Below are positions 1 to 12,350 of a stretch of DNA of 64,000 nucleotides, piece after piece. Where the stretch lies: the NCBI GenBank assembly GCA_002189035.1, contig CM007992.1, positions 2,604,001 through 2,668,000 of the forward strand, written 5' to 3'. The stretch is from Utricularia gibba. Its lineage: Eukaryota > Plantae > Magnoliophyta. How positions within the stretch are numbered: position 1 is the first letter of the stretch; the number at the start of each line of letters is the position of its first letter. A program made the position numbers and the translations under genes. The notes under the pieces are model-generated. The model had not been told where the DNA came from. It worked only from the letters and a program-made list of their open reading frames with translations, and searched no databases.

Positions 1-557
1 TGGAGAGGCTTGCTCGGATTGTTCATAACGTTGCTGCTACTAGAAGTGTGATCATAACCGACTTTTGGCTTTCGAAACGAATGGCTTGAAGAAGTGATCT
101 CTGAGCATTGCTCCTGAGCAGAAAGACTTAAACCCAACTCACTGTTATAATTTCCAGAGTTGATGCTTTGCTCCCCGAGTATCCATTCATACTTTTCAGT
201 ATGGTGTTGTGCAGCAGCCATGAAATTATTGAAGCCAGAGTCAAGAGGTAAGGCTCCACAACAGTAATCTGTAGTGTCAACTGGACAATTCCCTAAACAA
301 GAGTTACTCTCAACATTGTTGGTTGGGCAATCAAATGGATAAGCAGGAGCACCAGCAGCAAAACTTTGCTCATTGGTGAAATTGATGAGTTCTTCCTGGA
401 GAGAGGAAGTGGAAGCAAAAACTGGTGGGATTAACTGGTTCTGAACCAGATAATCTGAATAGTCCATTGAAGAATACATGGTCGTGCGAAATGGAGTGTC
501 ATCTGTTTCAACAAAATTTGAAGTAGCTGCTTCTTCTTCTGCAACCCTATAACTCAT
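1..557 (-). CDS. ATH1: BEL1-like (TALE) homeodomain protein, ATH1-like; first coding exon only, gene continues beyond the left edge
   Basis: Frame is open from ATG at 557 to the window edge (MSYRVAEEEAATSNFVE...NSELGLSLSAQEQCSEITSSSHS...). The ELxLSL...QCSEI segment resembles the N-terminal region of ATH1-type proteins. The homeodomain is not in the window, so the call rests on this motif only. Confidence 0.55.
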   Translation of the reverse strand, partial: MSYRVAEEEAATSNFVETDDTPFRTTMYSSMDYSDYLVQNQLIPPVFASTSSLQEELINFTNEQSFAAGAPAYPFDCPTNNVESNSCLGNCPVDTTDYCCGALPLDSGFNNFMAAAQHHTEKYEWILGEQSINSGNYNSELGLSLSAQEQCSEITSSSHSFRKPKVGYDHTSSSSNVMNNPSKPL

Positions 558-561
558 TCCC

Positions 562-577
562 CTAGCACATTTTACAT
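562..577 (-). promoter_or_regulatory. Two minimal upstream ORFs (ATG-TAA and ATG-TGC-TAG) directly before the ATH1-like start
   Basis: The minus strand reads ATG TAA A ATG TGC TAG GGGA ATG(557). Confidence 0.5.
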
Positions 578-1434
578 TGGATGTAAGGTATATTACACAA
601 TCAATGCATATGCTGAGTATGATTCTAATGAAAACAAACTCTTGAGATCGAGAATAAAAAGCAAACCTTTTCGTTTTTGGAGAAGAAAGTAAGATATCTA
701 TCTGCAGGTAACAGAAAAAACTGAATACAGTTTCCACTTGGGGTAGCTCAGCGCTTGCGTTGTGTAGCTGGCTTGAAGAAGAAGAAGAAGAATAATGGAG
801 AGGTTGATACTTTTGATGATAACTATATGTAGGAAATCCCTGGTTACCCTTTCTTCCCAAACAGTCTACTGTATCATCAAAACCCAAAAAGGCTGTAAAA
901 AGTGAGATTTCGAAATTCTCCTCTCATGCACAAAACTAGCAGCAGCAGGTGCAAGTCCGCTCATTCAACTCAACCCCACCATTCGTGAGAAGGCTATAGA
1001 ACAAAGGATGAAGGGACAGAGGGGGGAGAAATGTGATTTTGTATATTCACCTGCACAAGAAAAAATGCAACGCCCAAGGAACAGAAAAAACAGAACCTGA
1101 TCTGATTGCCACCAGACTCACTCTGTTTCTTTCTTATAAGGCTATGTGTCCATGGCTCATAATGACCAGTGGGTTCCATTCACAACCGTGGGATTTTGAA
1201 ACTATGGCATCCATGGAACAAAGTTACTGTTGAGAAGCAGGGCCAAAATGGTCCCCTCCCCCCGTGCAGATCTGTGGAAGGAGGGAGGTGGGTGTGAATC
1301 ATGGACCCGTCCTTTTTATTGCACGGGATTCAGTGAGAGGCAGAGCCACGATTGGAAAAATTGGTGGGTGGGTATGAAAAATACGTGATCCTGCAGATTC
1401 TTTCATTTCTGTTGCAGCTTTTTCAGCCTCCACG

Positions 1435-1455
1435 TCTCTCTCTATCTCTATCTCT
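1435..1455 (-). repeat. GA/CT-rich tract next to a GACGTGG (G-box-like) motif upstream of the ATH1-like gene
   Basis: The minus strand reads AGAGATAGAGATAGAGAGAGACGTGG. Confidence 0.5.
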
Positions 1456-2799
1456 TGTAGAGATCCACTTTTCAAGGTCATGTGCATGGCTACTACCCCA
1501 TGGTGAACGCAAGCAGAAAACAAATAAAAAAGATATGGTAAACAGGTATGACAGCAAAAGGAAAATGCTATAGTTATGGCTGCCTGAATGAAACAAGCAA
1601 GTTATGGCAAGTTGATGGAAATGAAAACTGTTTCACCAGCAGTGTACTTCAGTCTCTGCATCGCAATTCATTGAGTGAAGCGAGAAGGCATATTGTGAAA
1701 CAGGATAAAGACGCATAGATGGAGTTAATGCAAGGAACATGAGGAAGGTGGATGAATAGTAGCCATTCCAATGATGATGCAAGCAAAATTGGATCCGTGT
1801 CTGAGAGATCTTTGACGAACGTACATGCGCTCATCTCCATGCACAAGCAATTCCCATTTCTCCCCTCCCCTTCTGTCTTTGGTGAAAATGCTGCTATATG
1901 TAGATGTTGAGCTATCACCATCCCTCTGCACAGTGTTCAACACAATCATTTATAATTGTGCACAGTACCCACAATGGTATCTTTGCAATGCAACGCCATC
2001 ACTTCGTTAATGTTTCTTCTTTTTCTTCTTCCTCAGAGTCGTTTTTTCTCTTGTTAAAAAGTAGTGTAGTTAGCTTGAGTACGGACACCCCGGAGTTCTT
2101 GTGCTTGTGAACTGGGAGTTGGCTGCCGCTGAACAGCGAATTCGATAGACAGGAGGAAGCTCGGGAAGGAGAGCGGGAGGCATAGGGTGGTAGTAGAGTG
2201 CAAGTTCAAATAGTGTTTTGAGCTACTTTTACAGTAGAGTTCCGTTTTGAAATTATTATCTTCGACACATAGATAACGTGACTAGACCAATTATGTTAAT
2301 ATGAACATTTTCTATTACTTTTATGAAAAATTATTTTATATTAAATAACAATTTTTAATCATATGTTTAATAAATATTGATATTTAGTATGATAAGTTAG
2401 ATTTCTAAACGATTTTGTTATTAAAGTTCCTGTTCATGATAAAAATACAAATCCATCTACTAGATGGGCTATATTAATTCTATGATTGTAAATCACATAT
2501 TACTCTTTTAATTCAAAAAAAAGTTGCTTCAATTATTTTTTTATTAGTATTTTGGTTGTTTCTTTAGAATGATACCAGATGATTCTTTGAGTATCATTTG
2601 ATGCTTCAGTGATTTTATTTTTCTTTTCCTCTACCCAATATATGATAAGCATATGCATTCAAAGATAAAAGATAGAGTTGAAGGTCTTGGAATATGAATA
2701 CAAAAAGGAATTCCTATGGACTTTTTTGGAGAGGTTTAATAAGGTACTACTGAATATCTCTCTTATTTTGAAGGAAAAGATAAGAAAAGCTAGAGATTA

Positions 2800-3400
2800 T
2801 GAGAAAATGATTAAACCCATGTGATCTAGGCAAAAATCACATGTATACCAAATATGTCATCTTGTATGATACCTTAGTAGCAACATCAAGGAGAGAGAGT
2901 GAAAAATTGCAATCAAGATTAGACTAGTGGACACCTCCAAGGAACTTAATGTATCTAAGCGATAAAAGACTTCTTGGGTTCTCAAGAAAAATCTATGCCC
3001 AAAGATCATGAATCTTTTAGACGAAGAAAGGGGCATGGAAATTATGTAAGTTTCATCAGACCGCAACTTGTAACTCTCATGAATATGCCGTGTCTTCTAT
3101 GAATTTAAAATAGCTTTTAAAATGAGGACTACTAATGGTTTTTGCAATAAGAAGGGTGCCTAAGGAAGGTAGCAGAAAAAATGATGTGGGATAACCTCCA
3201 AGGACCCCCACAAATAAGTCGCCTCACATGGAGCACCCCAAGGAGAGGAAGAGATTAAAGTGAGAAGGTCCAATAGGTGAACCAAAAGATAATCGAAAAG
3301 GAAGAGTGTATGAACCACAACCAACTAACCTCCTAGAACCTATGCACAAGCTATCCTATCATTGAGAGATCAATATAGTAGTGTGGTTGAAAGAGGTATA
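2800..3400 (+). mobile_element. Highly decayed MULE/MuDR transposase fragment (boundaries approximate)
   Basis: About 2990-3031 translates to NLCPKIMNLLDEER, similar to the pre-SWIM CPKI motif of MuDR transposases. Surrounding frames are full of stops. Confidence 0.3.
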
Positions 3401-6099
3401 AACCATGTTTGCTTCTTTCTTTCAAGTATACCTACATTCTTAATGTGTTCTCATTGGACACTTACTATTATGCGGTTATAACCCTTTTATTTCAAGAATA
3501 ATATTATTTTCTTTATAGGGGTTATGATACCTAATAACATATATCTTCTTAATAGTGTTAGGATATAAAATTAACATGTTTAGTAGTGAAATTAAATGTT
3601 TTCAATTAGATTTTTGAATATTTTTGAATTTTTTGTATTATTATATTTTTATGTATAAATATTCACTAAATTGATGATTTTAGTCTATCTTATATTTTCT
3701 CTAAGTTTAACAGTACTATCTTAGACAAATCAAGTATAATTTAAATACACTAAATTGATAGCATATGAGATGAAACTAGAATGAGAAAGATGGATATGAC
3801 AAAGAAACAATTTACTATTAGTCAGAACTAGAAAAAATTGAAAATGGATGAAAGATGATTGAATTTTAGAGAATTGATATCTACAGGAAAACAAGAAAAT
3901 GAAAGAAATACAAGAAGTTCAAGAAGGAGAAAGAGGATATAAAATTAAAAGAAGATATAATTATCAAGAAATTTAGAAAGGAATATGAAGAAGAATTTTT
4001 CACATATACCCAAGACTTAGAAGAGATAGAGTTTGAAGAACAAAGAAGAGCAACCTCAACTCAAGAAAGATTCAAGAAACTGATTTCAATAAATATTCTT
4101 CTTACTTAGCAGCAATATTACTGAACCAAAACTTGTTTTACTCTTATTTGTAGTATTTGAATATTTCTTTTAGCTTGTAGTTTTATTTTTATGACTACAA
4201 CTATAAATTGATAAGAAATTGAAATTCAAAGGCCAAAACTCATTATCTTTCATTGATGTCTATTTATACACATAGATAGAAATTTTTCTATTATTTAATA
4301 CAAGATTGTTGCTATTTTTTCCAACCATTTTTGTTGTAAACTTTTCTTCTTTTTCTTTCTTCTGCAATTTTCCAGTTTTGTTACATAAGCTTCCTTTTGG
4401 AGTATTCTACCTTGAACCACAAATATTAGTGATAAACGAAAAATTTACACGCCATAAATGTAAATCTTGCTATCAAATAAATTTATAACCTAATACACAT
4501 TAAAACATAATACAGTTATGAGCATAGTGATTAGGGTCGAACACGAAGAGCAAGTGCTTGCTATGTGAAAGTTGATGCATGAAACTAGTTTCACGTTGGT
4601 AAAATTGGTCTTAGCTAGAACTAAGGCAGAACTAAAACGAAATACAGTAAAGAAAAGTAATAAGTTTTGGAGCTCGGTTGTTTCTGAAATGGAATGGGTG
4701 ATGCCTTGAGACTCCTAGGGGATGTATGCTCATCATTAAACAAGCTCATACAAACCGCAAATCATACAACTATCTCACAAGGTCTAGGTCTACTCGCACT
4801 CTTGTTTTTCCCCCTAATCTTTGGTCTACCTCTAATTAGGGTTCTTAAGTTGGGTTTCACTACTTCCCCCTCCTGGATCTATCCTAGTTTGTTAAGGAAG
4901 TGGTGTGACTTATGGATATTTAGATTTAAAGATTGATTAACATGTTTCTCCCCTTTTCACCCCAAGGCACCCCTAAGTACTTAGCCACTCATACTTGAGA
5001 CAAATGAAAATAGAAAAGAAAACATCATTCACAATGCATTCCTGTCTCAGTTGACTACTAGAAGATAAACAAGCATAAAACTGAAATGTTCGATAGAAAG
5101 CTAGAAAACGTCGCTAGCTAATCTTAGCTAGGAGTAATAATTCTTGGAAAATAGAAAATAATCTTCAAACATGAGCTTAGTTCCTGTTCGTCTTCCTCCT
5201 TCCTCCTTAGAAAACCTTCTCCAGAAAGTTGTTCGTGAGTCTCCAAATGCAGAGACTAGACATTTAGGTTCAAAATGCAGGAATTGAAAGAGTGCCAGTG
5301 TGCAAGACGGGTAATCACTCAAGCATACATGTGAATTTCATCAAAATAAGTGACTTCAAAGATTAAATAAGCTAACATAACATAGTTAGATTTTCAAAGA
5401 GATACTAGTGGTCTCTTTTCATTTCTTCCTCTCTTCACCTTTTTTTTTTTCATTTTGTACAGAGATCAAGAGTAGGGAAAGTTCAAGCTTAACTCAGGCA
5501 ATTTTCGCTCCCCTCCTTTGTATATGAAGTGTGGGCCAATCACTCCTCTCCTTATTTCTCCTGAGGGTTTCCTACTCCTCTGAGTAATTCTCGTAACCTC
5601 CCTTCTCTCTTTACTCTGTTGTCTACGCATGCTTTTTAATTGTGTGTTGCTTTTCAAGACATGGGATTTCGTCACTTTTTTTTATGATGATGCTTTTGTG
5701 ACCCCCTCTTTTTTTTTCCATCTCTCTATAAGCCTTTCGACCACCAATATCCATGAAAGAACCAAATATGCCAGCTTGCACAAAAAAATCTCGATTGCAC
5801 AAATCTGAATTCGTCACACATGTTGCTACCTCACAAAGATAAGTAGGTTAAAAGTCATGCTCACAGGTGTACAAATGGTTAAAACAAAATTCATGCATCC
5901 TGTGCTTCATGAAAAGCATCATGCATGCATATGAAAACTCCTCAAATAGCTTGCAAAATTCTCCTGATCTTAGTACCGAACTACTAAATTACTCCTAACT
6001 TAGACTAACACCCTAAAATAAAAATAAAAATAAAAATAAAACTAAGACAATGCAGCGATGTTACTTGGTCAAGGAGGAATCCTTCACTCCCTGTTTTAG

Positions 6100-7018
6100 T
6101 TACTTCACTTCTCTTACCAAATTTCCAAGCCTATCATATATCATGTCAATCCTTTTAGTGCAGTAGAAAACTTTCTCGTTCCTTTGGGTCATGGCTGTCT
6201 GATTAAGGGTTTTTCCCTTTTCTTTCAATGGAGGTGCCTCCCCAAAAAGTCCTGCAATAGACTTAAAAACAGATCCACTTCCTCGTGCACGAATTAGTCC
6301 AGCAGTTTTAAGAAAATGAGCATTAAGAGGGGCTAACTTTGTTTCTGCATGCAAAAATTCCAACTCAGAAATTTTATCAGAGCATAACCTTTGACAAACA
6401 AATCACATTTGTACAGAGAATTAAATCCTAAGGCCCTACCAAATAGCACAACATAAACAAGCAAGTTAACATTTCGCATAGCAGGGTTTGTAAATAAATC
6501 AGCTTTCATCCCTTTGGATTTAAATTCTATTGCATGTTGATCAGTTAAAATTTCATAAAACTCTTCAGCATCAAAATCATCAGGATAATCAAACAATGAG
6601 GTAGCAAATTCATGGGACTCAACATGCTGTTCTGTACAAAAACCTAAAGCTACATTCCATTCAACAATTGATAATGGGAAATTCTTTCCTAGAATTTAAA
6701 CGTGATGGCTGATGGTGCAAGCATAGTTTCTGGTTTCTCATAACAAAAGGTACAAGCAAATTCATACATTAATTCAACATAAGAACGACGGTTCAAATCA
6801 CATAAAGCAAGCAACACATAATCCTTTAAAATTGAATGAACTTCAATAACTATGCCCAATTCTACCAATATTTCGAAATCTATGACCCTATAAGGCAGCA
6901 CCCTTGCCCCTTTTACCTCATTGTACTTGGCTGTAAATTCTTCTTTATCAAAGTATAGGTACTTGAGATTGAGCATTTCTGCATGTTGCTTGAAGTAGGG
7001 GATGCCCTTGCTGGTCAT
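6100..7018 (-). pseudogene. Athila env-like/ORF2 ('putative plant transposon protein'), broken into three frames
   Basis: ORFs 6689-7018, 6333-6596 and 6100-6363 (..RVIDFEILVELG..SYVELMYEFACTF..) lie just downstream of the post-pol motif, where Athila carries ORF2. Confidence 0.6.
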
Positions 7019-7190
7019 TTTTCGCTATGATTTCTCCTTCTTATCAGGTACACATCAAAACAAAATAACTCCTAGCTTAGTCTAAAAGTGCAAAATAAAA
7101 TGTCAGGAAAATAAAACTAACTGAAATTAAACTTGGGTTGCCTCCCAAGAGCGTCCCTATTTCCAGTCCTGGACTAGACTTTCTTTGAGG

Positions 7191-7670
7191 CTACGTTTTT
7201 GTTGTATCATTCAATACCATATCATCAGCAACGTCATGGGCCTCATTCTCAAGAGTTTTGCAAGAATTGTTCAACATTTTGAATACTCCATCTTTGCATC
7301 TCCTCCACCAATATGGATCATCCCACACGTTAGATTTTTCATCATTGAAATACATGTTCTTTTCATTGCATTCATCTCCAATTGGTACAATTCCTGCAGC
7401 AATGAAATTAACAATATCAGTAGAACCTTGTTCCCAAGTTATAGTCTTACTTAGGAGTAATTTTTCATCGGGATATGTTTCTCCAACCATGTAAATATCT
7501 TCAAATCCATCAATTTTCCTAAAATAATTAACACAAACATTCTCCCCTTCAACATTATCCAAAATTTCTTTTAAATCTTGGATGAATCCTTCAATCAATG
7601 TTGATTCTTGGTCCAAGATAAGACTAACCTTGGAATTTTTCTTCTCAACATCGACCAAAACCTGTTTCAT
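7191..7670 (-). mobile_element. Open 159-codon ORF derived from the Athila pol RNase H end and RH-integrase linker
   Basis: ETYPDEKLL..W..DIVNFIAAGIVP..WDDPYWWRRCKDG matches the linker pattern FPDEQL..PWYADIVNYL.G..P..WDDPYL...DG. The ORF stops before the integrase HHCC and core domains. Confidence 0.6.
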
Positions 7671-7899
7671 GTGAGCTAGAGAAGGCTTGAAATTCCCATA
7701 TTTATCTAAGACTTACTGTTATCCCGAATTATGCATTTACTAAAACACTTAGTAAGTACAAGCTCTTCGTGATTGACCCCGACATCCACTATATAAGTTT
7801 TTTAAATTTGTATTTTATGTAGATTATGGCTTATAAATTTATTTGATAACAGAATTTCTATTTTTTCAACGACATTAGGAATTTCCGTTTATCACATAT

Positions 7900-10800
7900 C
7901 TAAAGAATATAGTATATCATGTCAAGTATCTTGGGGTTAATGAATATATTGCCCAATCAGGATCATAGAACACACCTAATGTCTTTGTTTCTTCTAGTAA
8001 ATAGAATAATTCTTTGTCAAATGTCTTTCTCATGTATTTTGTTATCTAATTTGCTACATGACAATGTTTTTTGAGAGGTTTTTTTATATATTGAATAAGT
8101 GCATGTACATATTAAGATAGGTTATGCTAAGAGAATCCTAAGTACAAGAGACATCGTCCTCACCAATCTTTGATATTATAGTGGCAATTCAATATCTTTT
8201 CCCAATTCAATATCTTTTCCTAGATTCTCTAGAATTCCTTTGGTAATGGAACTAGTTGGCCATCACTCTCAGATAAGTTTAAATCCTTAATGATAGATGT
8301 TGCACATTCTATTTGAGAGATAAATATATCTATTTTATTTCTGAAAATCTTTAACTCGAGATAGTACTTGGATTCTTCCAAGACATTGATTTGAATCAAT
8401 CATCGAGTGTAGTCTTTATCGTTTGAATTTCTTCAAGTAAATTTCTTGCATGTAGTAATTAAACATAAATCAATAGAACAATAATTTTCTTACCACATCT
8501 CTTGTAGAATATACAAGGGTCAAGTTGACTTTGTATATAATCGATAGTTTTCAGCTTTGAGGCAAGCTCCTTGTTTCATTTTCTTGAGGCTTACTTTAGT
8601 TCATAAATTGGTTTGAATAGCTTACAAACTTTAGTAGCCACAGGATAGTTTGGTGGACATTTCATGTAAACCTCTTCTTTTGGTTTATGAAACTAGTTAT
8701 GTGCTCCAACTAGTGCCGATACTATCCTTACACTTGTGCCCTTGGCAATAGGCAAGAAACTGTATTTAAAATCTTATCCTTTCATTTACCAATAACCTTG
8801 AATTACCAATATTGACTTTCTCCTTTCGAATGTGCCATTTGAATTTAGTTTACTTGTAAACCCACTTGCTCCCTACTAGGTTTTGATTTGGAGGAGGATC
8901 CACTAGAATCAATGTCTTATTATCCTCCAAAGCTTTATCTTCGATTTTCATGATCAATCTTCATTGTGGATCTTCTGGTACCTCTTCAAATATATTGGGT
9001 TTCTATTATGTAGAATTTCAATCATCTAATGTGCATACGTAACATGCATCCAATGAGCCTTTATAATTTGCCTCTAACTTCTTCTTACAATGGACTCCTC
9101 TAGAGGTGACCCGATCATGTCATTTTGATCATTTGAATTATTGTTTAATGCCTCTATGTTTTACAATATGAGGTTTGATTGAGATGGTTCACATAAATAT
9201 TTTGATTCTACATCATGTTGTAGTCTAGGGTCTTCTTCAAACACTTGAGAGTCCAATAATGGTATCATCCTAAAATCCTCATTTATAGCATTGCAGGATT
9301 TTTAGAGAAAAAATTGCTCATAAAAGATTACATCTTTAGACATCAAATATTTTGTATTCCTTTTTTGGGAGTATATTCTACAAACACTTCTTTTCTCCCT
9401 TTTTTTTTATCAAATTTGTCTTGATTTTTTAAAGGATTTGTGTAGAAATATAGACAACTGAAAGTTTAGCCTCCCAAGGTTGTTTTTGGCAACTTGTTAA
9501 TGATGTGCATTGCAGTCAATTGCACTTCTCCTCATATATATGTAGATGTGATGCACATGGTAGCCCAAGCCCAGCACTAGATAGGCCTAGCTCGATAGAA
9601 GAGGATGCGTTTTAAACCTATGGCTACTAGACAGAGGTGCAGTTTTTGGTTTTGGTTGAAAGGGTTCTTACTTTCCCCCTCGCTGCATTCTTTGATGGGT
9701 GCTTGAATATTGTTGAGATGCGCCGATACCGAATTACTGTGTGTGTTCAGGGTTGGCATGCGACGAGGTGGCGTGGCGTTTCTGGGTGCTACTCATCACT
9801 CACCCTGCTTTTGTGCTGTCGCTTGCTGCCTTTATTGATCCTTTTGATAATTAAGATGGAATCAGTGTAGTGACTTGAGCTGTGTCTCTGTTGGCTTACC
9901 TATCATTTTGGATACTTTGAGCTTGGCAGGCATATGTGCTCAAGCTCATCTATGACTCAAGCTAGTTTTTAACATTTCTTTTAGTATTACGTTGATTGGG
10001 CGAATCCCCATTTTGTTAATTCCTCCCAACGCTACATCAAGATGTATTTGATTGGTACATTAAAGGCCCATGCAACTTCTAAAAGATACTTATGCTTTCT
10101 TTCAACTTGTTCATTCTATTCCGGTATGTATAAGTAGTTGGTGTAATGCAAGATTTCATTTCCTACCAAAAGTTCTTTGAGCTCATTGTTGATATATTCA
10201 CCACCATTTTGCTTTGCACCATTTGATTTGCTTGCCAAATTGTCTTTCTATGATATTGACCAAGTTTTAGATCACAGGTATAATTTTAGACTTGTATTGG
10301 AGCAAGCAAGTCTAAGTTGCTTAGTTAATATCATCCACGACAGTAAGGAATGACCATGTGTTGATGATAGTGGGTACCTTATAGGATCCCCATATATCCA
10401 TATGAATTTTCTCAAAAAATTTTGTAGCGGTGGTTGTACTTACATTAAACCTCAAACATGTTTGTCTATTGCTGTGATAATATTCACAAGAGAGTAAGAG
10501 TTTTTTTATTCTTGGAGGACAGAAAATGCAGCTGCTTTAAAATATTGTCTAGAGCATGTCCCAATCGCATATGCTATAATACAAGTTTGGCAATAGAGGC
10601 ATTAATAAAAAGACTTTAGTGGAAACAAATAAAGAACGGATCCTTGGGATCAACTTGCATCTTATAGACCAAATAGTTTTCTAACTATACTTCATTAGTT
10701 TACCTTTTCTTTTGATTTTCCTAAGCTTTTGGTTCTGAAAAACAAAATTATTTGCAGTAAATAGGTACATCATATTGTTTTCTCTTAGTAACCTGGGAAA

Positions 10801-11200
10801 TGATATAGGATTTTTGTTGAATCCTAGAAGGTAAGGCACTTATGTCATTTTGATCTCCTCATTGATAGTGATTAAAGATTAATGATACAGTTTCTTTACT
10901 TGATATGTGCACATGACTGATAGAATGCTCATCTTACTCTTCAACCTTCGTATGCATTGAGTTATAGGTATAATCATTGGCTTTTAGATTGATGATTTTC
11001 TTTAATTGGCCCTTCCATACCTTGCTCCAATTTTCATTGTGTGTTTCTAGAAGCGATTTGAGACCTTGTGAATCAAAAAACATGCATCTTGGATATGTCC
11101 CTCAAGCTGAAAAAAGATGCATTTCCAATGCACTTTTTGGTTGAGTTGATGATCTCCCTTTTCCCAGTTTTTCTTTTCACTAGGCTCAAGCCTTCTTTTA
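7900..11200 (-). mobile_element. Degenerate Ty1/Copia internal region (integrase, RT, RNase H; boundaries approximate)
   Basis: RT-like EEVYMKCPPNY..KVCKLFKPIYELK*ASR at about 8590-8700, integrase-like IHMDIWDP at about 10390-10410, and GEVQLTAMHIINKLP at about 9490-9535. Many stops and frameshifts. Confidence 0.7.
9541..9905. mobile_element. GC-richer ~365-bp insertion nested in the Copia integrase (solo-LTR/TRIM-like)
   Basis: The Copia integrase frame breaks at about 9905 and resumes at about 9536. The intervening segment starts TG and ends CA. No target-site duplication was recognised. Confidence 0.35.
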
Positions 11201-11599
11201 CTTTGTATGATAATAATACTATGCTGCATTTGTTTGTTCATGGACTTAGTTATATGCTTTTATTTCTTTGTAATTAGTACAATAAATAGAACATCATTAA
11301 TGGAAGGGATTGTTTTCATGAGAATAATTTGACTATGTAACCTTAAACTTAAGACTTAATCCTAGAAGTCAAATTTCTAGAGTATTATATCTTATAGAGA
11401 AACATTGTGGCCAACCCATCTAAGATCAAAGTCATCCTCAATGAGGGATTCGAGTTTTCAAAGGGAGACTAGTTTACTAGAATAGGTTTATATCCATATT
11501 AGTAGATAAAGAGTTATAGGAAATGTAATGTTAGAATGTGATGATGAATCTTAGAAAACCTTTTCAACCCTCAAAGAATTTGGCAAAGCTCATCCCAAG

Positions 11600-12350
11600 T
11601 CAGCCCTTAGAGGTGTACATGGTCATTTCTAAGATTGCAATGTAATGGATGATATTTCTACATACATCCCAAGTCGATTTATTATGTGAACATAAGCTTA
11701 AAGCCCATTAAGACTCACTACTCTAGTAGAGAAAAATGATCTTGGTAGGAAAGATGGCTACAACCAAATTAACACCATACTTTTGAGGGCTATGACTGAA
11801 AGTGCTAACCAATCTCCCCCTCACATTGATCCTATCCAACACTGAAGTTTATAAGAGCAAGCAAAAGATTCGTAGAAGGTAGTACTCTTGACATTGAGTT
11901 GGTGGTAAGGAAGGGCATAAAGGCTTAGGTAATACTAGACTTGTTGAAATGGCATATGAGGCTTCAATTAACTTATAATTGAATCTATAGCATTTGCAAA
12001 ATGATAGTTCCATCTTTATAAGAATTTGGAGGTGCAATTATTTGGGAATCCTCTAATGAGTTCCTTATTTAGGTGTTTGTGACATTCCATTACTACCTAA
12101 CTAACAATACTATGAAGTACAAAACTCTCTTATCGAGCCTTGACATAGCCAAAGAGGTTTAAATCTCTAGAATCCAAGTGCAAATGGACTTGGACCTAGC
12201 ATACACTATCTCCTTGGGCTATGTTTTTATGTTCGATCATTCACTAGCACATAACATTGGGAGTCTACCTTGTCCTCTAAATGTGGGAATATATCTACAT
12301 GACAAAGATATGGACATAAAGATTTGGTAAAACGAGGTATGTCATGTCTT
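11600..12350 (-). mobile_element. Decayed LINE fragment (boundaries approximate)
   Basis: About 12150-12210 translates to LGPSPF..RFKPLWL, like the GPxPFRFExxWL motif that follows the plant L1 endonuclease. Confidence 0.3.

Larger units (their letters stand above)
4460..7700 (-). mobile_element. Truncated Ty3/gypsy Athila-type element: partial 3' LTR, 3' non-coding region, env-like ORF, pol-derived ORF (boundaries approximate)
   Basis: LTR-like start near 4460-4560 (GGGTCGAACAC), the Athila post-pol motif GGGTTGCCTCCCAAGAGCG at 7135-7153, and Athila-like ORFs at 6100-7018 and 7191-7670. Confidence 0.7.

Noticed and set aside
1299-1949. ORFs of 74-90 aa upstream of the ATH1-like gene considered as a separate gene or miRNA precursor
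   Set aside because: No domain motif or consistent exon chain, and I recognised neither a mature miRNA sequence nor a clear hairpin.
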